NCBI GenBank assembly: GCA_964421595.1
Contig: CAYQXY010000003.1
Coordinates: 53,053-117,052, forward strand
Reading direction: 5' to 3'
DNA length: 64,000 bases
Source of the DNA: an uncultured Bacteroidales bacterium
GTDB lineage: Bacteria; Bacteroidota; Bacteroidia; Bacteroidales; PUMT01
Under the pieces are notes generated by a model, which made no database searches, was not told the origin of the DNA, and saw only the letters and a list, made by a program, of their open reading frames with translations. The translations under genes were made by a program, and so were the position numbers. Shown here piece after piece: positions 37,156 through 46,793 of this stretch (position 1 is the stretch's first letter; each line of letters begins with the position of its first letter).

Positions 37156-38847
37156 TCAGTCAAACCTTTCTATCAGACTTTCAGTTACATTGACAATATG
37201 ATCGCCCATCCTTTCACAATGTGAGATTATGTCATTGTACACAATGCCGGCATCGTATTTATAGGCTTTTTCCTTCAGTTTCTTAATGTGCTCTTTTTTC
37301 AGTTTATTGCGGAAGCGGTTAATCCTGAATTCCATGTCAATGGCTGAATCTACTTTAACATTATGGTAGTCATCATCCAGGTTTTCTATCATAATCAACT
37401 GGGCCTGCTCTATGAGATCGAACATTTCGTTAACGTTCTCACGCAGGGCGGCAGTAAAAACAATTTTTTTCTGTTTTTTCCTGTAAACTGCCCTGGCAAC
37501 ATTATAACACGAATCGCCAATGCTTTCAATATTATCAATAAGTTTGAGCATCGTCTGCAGGCGTTGAGAACCCCGTGTACTGAGATGTCCGCCTGACACT
37601 TTAGTGAGGAAGGTAGCAATCTCCACCTCTATCCTGTCGCTAATCTCTTCATATTTTTCCACTTTCGCGAAGAAAAATTCGACATCTGCCTCTTTTGTTG
37701 CATTGAAAAGTGAACGCGAGTATGAAATCATCTGATGACTCCTCCTGGCATAGAGAGAAATCTCTTTTTTAGCCTGAAAGAGTGATAGCTCGGCGGTCGA
37801 AAGGATGCCTGTATTTATATACTGTAGTCTGAATTCCTCTTCATCTTCTTCTTTAAGAGGTACCAGCCGGGTAACGATAGTCGCAATCAGCGGCGCGAAT
37901 CCCATTAGCAGCACTGCATTAAAGACATTAAAAACCGTGTGGAATACAGAAAGAGCTATAGGAATACCCTGTGGTGCGTCGTAAGGAGAAAGAAGCCCTG
38001 CTCCAACCAGGAAACCATCAATTCCCCTGAGAAAAAAATTAAAGACCAGTAAAACCCATACAACTCCAACCAGATTGAAAATGAGATGAGCACGTGCCGT
38101 CCTTTTAGCCGACACGTTTGCAATCATTGCAGCAATATTGGCAGTAATTGTGGTTCCTATATTCTCACCAAGTACCATGGCTGCAGCCATCTCGTATGGT
38201 ATCCAGCCATTATTGGTCATAACCAGGGTAAGTGCCATGGTGGCACTTGATGATTGTATTACAAAAGTAAGCAGGGTGCCAATTGTCAGGAATAGAAGCA
38301 CCGACCACAGGCCCATCTGGGTATAGTCGGTCAAAAAGCTCAGTATCTCAGGATGGTCCTGAATATTGGGAAGCGACTCTTTCAAAAATTCAAGTCCGAT
38401 AAATATCATCGCAAAGCCAATAAGAATTTCGGCTATTGATTTTCTCTTTTTTGATTTTGAGAACATGAATGGGAAGCTTATCCCGATCAGCGGCAAGGAT
38501 ATAACACTAATGCTGAACTTGAACCCGAGAAGCGAAATAAGCCAGGCTGTTACCGTAGTGCCTATGTTTGCTCCCATCACCACACCAATTGCCTGGATCA
38601 GATTTATAAGTCCGGCATTGACAAAACTTACAAGCATCACCGTTGTGGCGGTAGACGACTGGACCAGGGCCGTTATCATAAACCCTGTAAAGATACCCTT
38701 GATCCTGCTGGAGGTCATAGCTGCGAGGATGCTTCTAAGTTTGTCCCCGGCAACTTTCTGCAGTGCTTCACTCATGGATTTCATCCCGAAAAGAAAGAAC
38801 CCAAGCGAACCCAGCAGGGCAAGAAAATCAATAAAGGTATATTGCAT
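37156..38847 (-). CDS. Na/Pi cotransporter family protein with C-terminal PhoU-like domain
   Basis: Duplicated QSSSAT/QSSTAT motifs are present in the membrane part. The C-terminal helical PhoU-like part has paired D-x-x-D motifs. Confidence 0.85.
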   Translation of the reverse strand: MQYTFIDFLALLGSLGFFLFGMKSMSEALQKVAGDKLRSILAAMTSSRIKGIFTGFMITALVQSSTATTVMLVSFVNAGLINLIQAIGVVMGANIGTTVTAWLISLLGFKFSISVISLPLIGISFPFMFSKSKKRKSIAEILIGFAMIFIGLEFLKESLPNIQDHPEILSFLTDYTQMGLWSVLLFLTIGTLLTFVIQSSSATMALTLVMTNNGWIPYEMAAAMVLGENIGTTITANIAAMIANVSAKRTARAHLIFNLVGVVWVLLVFNFFLRGIDGFLVGAGLLSPYDAPQGIPIALSVFHTVFNVFNAVLLMGFAPLIATIVTRLVPLKEEDEEEFRLQYINTGILSTAELSLFQAKKEISLYARRSHQMISYSRSLFNATKEADVEFFFAKVEKYEEISDRIEVEIATFLTKVSGGHLSTRGSQRLQTMLKLIDNIESIGDSCYNVARAVYRKKQKKIVFTAALRENVNEMFDLIEQAQLIMIENLDDDYHNVKVDSAIDMEFRINRFRNKLKKEHIKKLKEKAYKYDAGIVYNDIISHCERMGDHIVNVTESLIERFD

Positions 38848-39165
38848 TATGATCTATAAGTTGATGCCAAATTTAGCAGAATTATTAAAAACTAAAAAAA
38901 ACATCAGCATACAAATGGTAAAAATCATAGTCACCAGTAAGATCAGCAAATTTAGAAAAAAATATTTCCATTAAGCTGGTCAGGAACATGAACAGATCGC
39001 CGTAACTTATATCAGAATAACCGAAAAAATCTTCTTTAATGATAATTATCTGGATGAAGAGGATTTCCCATAAATTTTTTTTATCCGTTTGCCTGTAATT
39101 ACGGATAAAAAAATTTGACTTGAAGGTCGATTACCCATGCAATGTCCTTATCGCTGTTCGATAGT

Positions 39166-39322
39166 AAAAAATTCGCTAAAATCGGACCATCCACCACCTT
39201 AGGAGGTGGCTTTAAGCCCGATTTTTGCTGCGCATCGCGAATTTTCCCAGCACACAGGGCCTTTCGGGCATAGCCCCGCCAGGACATGACCACGTTCTAT
39301 GAACGTGGATTTTTTAATGAAA
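39166..39322 (+). repeat. full-length copy (~157 bp) of an intergenic hairpin-rich repeat family (MITE/REP-like or small-RNA-like)
   Basis: Both termini recur at 46621-46685 in inverted orientation, and partially at 14298-14368. It contains the hairpin CCACCT-TAGG-AGGTGG. It also contains a terminator-like CCACGTTC-TAT-GAACGTGG followed by A and T6. Confidence 0.65.
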
Positions 39323-39414
39323 TTAAATTGATTGGAAATTCATGTATATTTGCCCCTTTTAAAAAATAATAATAACCTGTTCATTTACGGGTTAATAAAT
39401 ACAGCAAACTTATA

Positions 39415-41838
39415 ATGTTCTCAGCTATAGCAGGAATAATACTCCGGTACCGGATATTACTCCTTTTCTTCCTTATTTCCGTAACGGTATTCATGGGATA
39501 CAATGCACAAAATGTGAGGCTTTCATATGAGCATACCTCCCTTCTGCCCGAATCTGATTCTGCCCTGATCGAATATAACAGGTACAGGGAAATTTTCGGC
39601 GGTGATGGAAATGTTGTGATAATCGGAATAAAGAACCCTGATTTTTTTGATTTGGCTTATATTGGCGACTGGTTCATTCTGATGGATTCACTGGGCGCAA
39701 TTCCCGGAGTGAAAAATGCAGTCTCAATAACCAATATTTTTAATTTAACGAAAAATACCGGCAACAGATCGTTTGAGGTCTCACCAATCACAAACGGTGT
39801 ACCTGTCTCACAGGAGGAGGCAGATGATTTGAAACTAACAATCAAGTCACTCCCATTTTACAAGGACCTTCTTTACAATGAGAATTCCGGCACATACCTG
39901 ATACTGGTAACACTGGATAAAGAAATTCTGCATAGTGACGACCGGAACAGGCTTATTGAAGATTTAGAAACTCTCAGCGACCAATACTCTTCCATTCACA
40001 ATTTGAGTGTGCATTATAGCGGACTGCCTTATATCAGGATCAAGACTGCAGCAAAAATCGAAGGTGAGCTTTATATGTTCATTTTACTGGCACTTATTAT
40101 TACCGGAATTATTCTTTTTCTGTTTTTCCGCTCTTTCAGGGTGGTCATATTCTCACTTGTGGTGGTTGGAACCGGCGTGATCTGGGCCCTGGGAACAATG
40201 GCGCTTCTTGGTTACGAAATAACTCTTCTCACAGCGATGATCCCCCCCCTGCTTATTGTTATCGGCATACCGAACTCTGTTTTCCTGCTGAACAAATACC
40301 ATAATGAATTCCGTAATCACGGGAACAAAATAAAGGCCTTGCAGCGGGTAATACAGAAGATCGGGGCAGCGACTTTTCTGACCAACCTTACCACCTCAGC
40401 AGGTTTTGCAACTTTCATACTTACCAGCACCAGGATTCTTCAGGAATTTGGCGTTGTAGCATCGTTGAACATTATGGGGATCTATATTCTTTCTTTATTG
40501 CTTATACCCATAATTTTCAGCATGATGCCTGATCCGCAAGAAAGGCATGTAAGGCATCTGGAAAACAATGCTGTCAGGAAGGTAGTTGGACTATTTGAGT
40601 ACCTGGCTGTCAACCACCGCATGAAAATATACCCTGTTGCGCTCCTGATTATCCTTGTTGCAATTGCAGGTATAACAAAAATTGAAAGCACTGGTTATGT
40701 TGTTGACGATTTACCTAAGAATGACCCGGTTTATGTAGATCTGAAATATTTTGAGGAACATTTCAAGGGACTAATCCCTCTTGAGATATCAATTGATGCA
40801 AAGCGCCCGAGAGCAGCAATGTCGCAGACTACTTTGCAAAACATTGAACAGCTTCAGACTGCCCTTAAAAAGTATCCGGAATTATCCCGGCCCGTCTCGA
40901 TAGCAGAAGCGTTCAAATTTGCAAGACAATCATTTTTTGATGGAGCTGAGCATCATTACCGTCTGCCCGGGAGTACCGAAAGGAATTTTATACTCTCCTA
41001 TATGGGCAGCCTGGCAGGCGATAATACCCTTGCATCATCTTTTCTTGATCCTGAAGGACAGATAACCAGGCTAAGTTATAAGGTATCCGATGCAGGCACC
41101 GGAAGGATAAGACAAATTCACGAGCAGGTAAGACAGGAAATTGACAGTATATTTCCGGCCGAAAGGTATGATGTCGTAATTACAGGGGCCAGCATCCTTT
41201 CTTTCAAGGGAAATAAGTTTCTTATAAAGAGCCTTTTTACCAGCCTGTTCATAGCTATACTGATCATTTCATTATTCATGGCATGGATGTTTTCTTCAGC
41301 AAGAATGATGCTGATCTCGCTAATCCCAAACCTGGTTCCGTTATTGATAACGGCTTCATTCATGGGATTTTACTCGATCCCGATAAAACCATCAACAGTT
41401 CTTGTGTTCAGTATTGCTTTTGGGATATCGGTCGATAATACAATTCATTTCCTGGCTAAATACCGGCAGGAGCTAAAGTCTACCGGACTTGACATAAAAA
41501 AATCGGTGAGTAACGCCATCAGAGAGGCAGGAGTTAGCATGCTTTATACATCAATTGTTCTTTTTTTCGGATTTGGCATTTTCTCGCTCTCCGGTTTTGG
41601 CGGAACTGTAGCTCTTGGAGTGCTCATTTCATTTACGTTGCTGATAGCAGTAACTTCAAATTTAATTTTACTACCTTCGATGCTGTTAAGTGTTGAAAAG
41701 ATCATTGTCGACAAGAATTTCGAAGAGCCTCTGATGCATATTTATAACGATCCGGAAGAGACAAATCTGGAGGAGCCTGAAGAGGAAGAGGAAACAGCAG
41801 AAAGAAAATGTAGAAACATTGAAGCCTATAAAGGCTGA
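39415..41838 (+). CDS. MMPL/RND superfamily transporter (two 6-TM bundles, two large loops)
   Basis: An 807-aa protein with duplicated topology. SSD/MMPL-like TM blocks are present, and the C-terminal tail is acidic. Confidence 0.75.
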   Translation: MFSAIAGIILRYRILLLFFLISVTVFMGYNAQNVRLSYEHTSLLPESDSALIEYNRYREIFGGDGNVVIIGIKNPDFFDLAYIGDWFILMDSLGAIPGVKNAVSITNIFNLTKNTGNRSFEVSPITNGVPVSQEEADDLKLTIKSLPFYKDLLYNENSGTYLILVTLDKEILHSDDRNRLIEDLETLSDQYSSIHNLSVHYSGLPYIRIKTAAKIEGELYMFILLALIITGIILFLFFRSFRVVIFSLVVVGTGVIWALGTMALLGYEITLLTAMIPPLLIVIGIPNSVFLLNKYHNEFRNHGNKIKALQRVIQKIGAATFLTNLTTSAGFATFILTSTRILQEFGVVASLNIMGIYILSLLLIPIIFSMMPDPQERHVRHLENNAVRKVVGLFEYLAVNHRMKIYPVALLIILVAIAGITKIESTGYVVDDLPKNDPVYVDLKYFEEHFKGLIPLEISIDAKRPRAAMSQTTLQNIEQLQTALKKYPELSRPVSIAEAFKFARQSFFDGAEHHYRLPGSTERNFILSYMGSLAGDNTLASSFLDPEGQITRLSYKVSDAGTGRIRQIHEQVRQEIDSIFPAERYDVVITGASILSFKGNKFLIKSLFTSLFIAILIISLFMAWMFSSARMMLISLIPNLVPLLITASFMGFYSIPIKPSTVLVFSIAFGISVDNTIHFLAKYRQELKSTGLDIKKSVSNAIREAGVSMLYTSIVLFFGFGIFSLSGFGGTVALGVLISFTLLIAVTSNLILLPSMLLSVEKIIVDKNFEEPLMHIYNDPEETNLEEPEEEEETAERKCRNIEAYKG

Positions 41839-41887
41839 GCATTAATATGAATTCAACCGGAACTTTCATTATTTAGTATCCTTACCT

Positions 41888-42868
41888 ATGGCAGTACATA
41901 GTATTGAAAAGCTTCGTGAGATAATTGACAGTGAAATTATCAAAATGGATTTTGCGGCGCTCCGGCCCGGGGAACTTTATATGCCGGTAAGCTATATCAT
42001 GTCCAATGGCGGAAAACGTCTGAGACCTTCACTTACACTAATGGCCTGCAACCTTTTCTCTGACGATCTTTTACCTGCTATCAAACCAGCTGTGGCGATC
42101 GAATTGTTTCATAATTTCACCCTCCTTCATGATGATATCATGGATAAAGCCGAGATGAGGAGGGGGAAGCCTACAGTACACAAAAAATGGGATGAAAATA
42201 CAGCCATCCTTTCAGGCGATGCTATGGTGGTAATGTCATTCAAGCTTATATCATCAACTAACCCTGACATTCTGCCTTCAATGCTTTCTGTATTTAACAG
42301 AACCGCGCTTGAGGTTTGCGAAGGCCAGCAACTGGATATTAATTACGAAAATATGCCGGAAGTTGATGAGGCCGGATACCTTGAAATGATTAGACTAAAG
42401 ACTTCTGTTCTGATTGCTGCCTCAATGTCAATTGGCGCAATAGCCGGAGGTGCTTCACCCGGGGATGCCTCTCTTCTGTATGATTCAGGAATGAATCTGG
42501 GACTGGCTTTTCAGCTCCAGGATGATCTGCTTGATCTTTATGGCAGTCAGGAAGAGTTTGGTAAAATGCCCGGCGGCGATATCCTGATGAATAAAAAAAC
42601 ATACCTTCTTATAAAGGCCCTTGAACAGGCAAATGATGAGACAGCCGGGAAGATCAGGAGCCTGATGGAGAACGAAAAGGATCCGCATACCAAGATCAGG
42701 GAGGTTACAGGTTTATTTAATGAACTGAATATTAAAGCAGTTACAGAAAAAAAAGCAGAAACTTATTTTAACCTGGCAATTGAAAATCTAAATCTGGCAA
42801 GTCCGGTTGATGAGAGAAAAACAGAGCTTACTTCTTTTATAAAAAAGGTTATGAACAGAAAATCCTGA
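41888..42868 (+). CDS. polyprenyl diphosphate synthase (trans-isoprenyl transferase, IspA/GGPPS family)
   Basis: The first Asp-rich motif is LLHDDIMD, followed by RRGKPT. The second Asp-rich motif is QLQDDLLD. Confidence 0.9.
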   Translation: MAVHSIEKLREIIDSEIIKMDFAALRPGELYMPVSYIMSNGGKRLRPSLTLMACNLFSDDLLPAIKPAVAIELFHNFTLLHDDIMDKAEMRRGKPTVHKKWDENTAILSGDAMVVMSFKLISSTNPDILPSMLSVFNRTALEVCEGQQLDINYENMPEVDEAGYLEMIRLKTSVLIAASMSIGAIAGGASPGDASLLYDSGMNLGLAFQLQDDLLDLYGSQEEFGKMPGGDILMNKKTYLLIKALEQANDETAGKIRSLMENEKDPHTKIREVTGLFNELNIKAVTEKKAETYFNLAIENLNLASPVDERKTELTSFIKKVMNRKS

Positions 42869-43034
42869 TTTTTCCAGGTTTTCTGCAATGACTTTTATTG
42901 TAACATATAACTTCCGGTTTGCGTATAAAATTCCTGTTAACCTTTTATAATATTTGTTCAGCTATAATATATCAAATATACTCTCAAGTACGTTTTTACA
43001 AATTGAAATAAACTATCACGATCATCCTTAATAA

Positions 43035-44558
<1,524 letters not shown>

Positions 44559-44568
44559 TCGCGCCAGT

Positions 44569-44823
44569 ATGCATCTTGAAATACTTACACCCGATAAAAC
44601 TGTTTTTTCCGGAAGGATTAAGTCGATAACTGTTCCGGGGACGAAGGGGCCGTTTACGGTACTTAAGAACCATGCCCCTATTATCTCAACCCTTGAAAAC
44701 GGAGAAATGAGTTTTTTGACGGCTACCGGACACGATCAGTTTTACATTATCAGCCAGGGCATGATAGAGGTTAACAAGAACAGGATAATGGTCCTTGTCG
44801 AAAAAATTAGAACGCTCGATTAG
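44569..44823 (+). CDS. atpC: F0F1 ATP synthase subunit epsilon (short form, beta-sandwich only)
   Basis: The start MHLEILTPDKTVFSG is typical. At 84 aa the protein lacks the C-terminal helical hairpin. Confidence 0.85.
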   Translation: MHLEILTPDKTVFSGRIKSITVPGTKGPFTVLKNHAPIISTLENGEMSFLTATGHDQFYIISQGMIEVNKNRIMVLVEKIRTLD

Positions 44824-45566
44824 TGAAGTTAAAAATACAATTTTTTGCACTGTTTTTGCTTCCGGCTTTCATATCTCTCAGCGCACAAACCAGGGTGAGT
44901 TTCTCATCTGCTGACGGACTGAATGTAGTGGCAGATAAATATTTTGTTCATGATACCCTGCCCTGGATCGTGATGTTCCACCAGTCCGGATCGAGCCGTG
45001 GTGAATTCAGGGAAATAGCACCAAAAATAGTAAGGTTGGGCTACAACGCCCTGGCCGTGGATCTGCGCCATGGGAAAGAGATTAACTTTGTAACCAATGA
45101 AACAAGTATAGCAGCCCAGGATAAGAATTTACCAAGGACCATGACAGACGCAAGGATGGATATGCTCGCAGCAATGGAATGGGTAAGGAACCGCAGTGAC
45201 AAACCTTTTGTTCTTTTCGGGAGTTCCTATTCGGCCTCCCTTGCAATGATACTCGCAAGGGATAACCCCTTTACTTCAGCAGTTATAGCCTTTAGTCCCG
45301 GAGAATTCTTCGGGGCACCAAACCTTGTAAGGAATGCTGTACGTAACCTTGATGTACCGGTCTTTCTTGCCTCTACCAGGCGCGAATACCCATACATTAC
45401 AGAGCTTAGTTCGGGTATAGGCACGGATAAAAAAATAATCTTTACCCCTTCTGATAGTCAGGGAGCCCACGGGGCTAAAGCTTTGTGGGATTCTGAACCA
45501 TGCAGTAAGGAATACTGGCTGGGGCTTCTATTGTTTTTTAACCGGATACAAAATACCGGAAACTAA
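44823..45566 (+). CDS. secreted alpha/beta hydrolase
   Basis: A GTG start overlaps the atpC TAG. A signal peptide ends in SLSAQ. The nucleophile-elbow-like motif is FGSSYSAS. Confidence 0.65.
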   Translation: MKLKIQFFALFLLPAFISLSAQTRVSFSSADGLNVVADKYFVHDTLPWIVMFHQSGSSRGEFREIAPKIVRLGYNALAVDLRHGKEINFVTNETSIAAQDKNLPRTMTDARMDMLAAMEWVRNRSDKPFVLFGSSYSASLAMILARDNPFTSAVIAFSPGEFFGAPNLVRNAVRNLDVPVFLASTRREYPYITELSSGIGTDKKIIFTPSDSQGAHGAKALWDSEPCSKEYWLGLLLFFNRIQNTGN

Positions 45567-45585
45567 GATTACAGGTTACATAGTT

Positions 45586-46617
45586 ATGACAATGCAGGAT
45601 AATCAGACAGACGATTTAAATGAATTGCAGGTTAAGTTTCTTGTAATCAGGCTTAGTTCTATTGGCGATATTGTACTTACCACTCCTGTGGTCAGGTGCC
45701 TGAAGCAACAGGTACCAAATGCTGAGGTGCATTTTCTTACAAAAAAACAATTCATTCCTGTTTTAAAAGCCAATCCACACCTTGACGGAATTCACGAATA
45801 TAATGGCACAGCTGCCGTTTTACGGCTGATAAAAGATAACGGATTTCATTATATAATTGACCTTCATAATAACCTGCGAACGGCATTGATCAAATCCCGA
45901 TCACCAGTAATCGCCTTCTCATTTAAAAAGCTCAATATTCAAAAATGGCTTCTTGTGAACTTCAAAAAAGATATTATGCCAGATGTTCATATAGTCGACC
46001 GCTACCTTGATACACTAAAACTTTTCGATGTTGTAAATGATAACAAGGGGCTTGATTATTTTATTCCCCCCGAAGATGAGGTCGAACCAGCCGGTTTGCC
46101 GGAGGCTTTCGGCAAGGGATATATTCTGTTTGCAATAGGGGCAAATCATTCTACAAAACGGCTTACAACAGAAAAAATCATTGCCGTTTGCAAACAAATC
46201 AACCTGCCTGTTCTTCTTGCAGGGGGGCCGGAAGATGCTGCCCGTGGAGATCTGATTGCTGGATCGGTGGGTAAACTAATCCTGAATGTTTGTGGAAGAT
46301 ATAATATCAACCAGTCAGCATCGCTTGTCAGGCAAGCCCGGGTAGTAATAAGTCATGATACCGGACTGATGCATATTGCTGCTGCATATAAAAAAAAGAT
46401 TATATCTGTCTGGGGAAACACTATCCCCCGCCTTGGAATGGCCCCGTACATGCCTGACAGTGAATCTGCTGTTTTTGAAGTGGGCGGATTGAAGTGCAGG
46501 CCTTGCAGCAAAATTGGTTATGACAAATGCCCCAAAGGACATTTTAAATGCATGAAGGAACAGGATGAGAAAGAAATTGCCGGCTACGCAAGAAAAATTT
46601 TTCCTGAAACCAGGTGA
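45586..46617 (+). CDS. glycosyltransferase family 9 (heptosyltransferase-like)
   Basis: The N-terminal motif is IRLSSIGDIVLTTP and the C-terminal motif is HDTGLMHIAAA. Confidence 0.8.
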   Translation: MTMQDNQTDDLNELQVKFLVIRLSSIGDIVLTTPVVRCLKQQVPNAEVHFLTKKQFIPVLKANPHLDGIHEYNGTAAVLRLIKDNGFHYIIDLHNNLRTALIKSRSPVIAFSFKKLNIQKWLLVNFKKDIMPDVHIVDRYLDTLKLFDVVNDNKGLDYFIPPEDEVEPAGLPEAFGKGYILFAIGANHSTKRLTTEKIIAVCKQINLPVLLAGGPEDAARGDLIAGSVGKLILNVCGRYNINQSASLVRQARVVISHDTGLMHIAAAYKKKIISVWGNTIPRLGMAPYMPDSESAVFEVGGLKCRPCSKIGYDKCPKGHFKCMKEQDEKEIAGYARKIFPETR

Positions 46618-46620
46618 TTC

Positions 46621-46685
46621 AGTTTCATTAAAAACCCCACGTTCTTAGAACGTGGTCATGTCCTGGCGGGGCATCGAATTTTTTA
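46621..46685 (-). repeat. short copy (~65 bp, termini only) of the 39166..39322 repeat family, inverted
   Basis: The reverse complement is AGTAAAAAATTCGATGCCCCGCCAGGACATGACCACGTTCTAAGAACGTGGGGTTTTTAATGAAACT. This shares 13 nt of the 5' end and about 46 of 50 nt of the 3' end with the full copy. Confidence 0.7.
46630..46655 (-). terminator. candidate terminator for the 976-aa gene, supplied by the repeat element
   Basis: The minus strand reads CCACGTTC-TAA-GAACGTGG, an 8-bp stem, followed by GGTTTTT. It lies about 140 nt downstream of the stop at 46794. Confidence 0.5.
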
Positions 46686-46793
46686 CTTATCCGGCTCTTT
46701 TCTGCAATAATACCTGACCATTTTTCCAATTGACAGACAGAGGCAACAGATCAACAGCGAAAGATTTTGCAATTGACATCTAAAGTATACATG

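Noticed and set aside
30740-38974. Long antisense ORFs opposite bactofilin, atpF, atpH/atpA, atpA and the Na/Pi transporter (for example 30740..31180, 33277..33816, 34338..34820, 35358..35756, 38366..38974)
   Set aside because: Each lies opposite a strongly supported conserved gene, and their products are low-complexity S/P/I-rich sequences. They are typical shadow ORFs.
39099-39293. Minus-strand 64-aa ORF
   Set aside because: It lies entirely within the repeat element, whose other copies do not preserve the frame.
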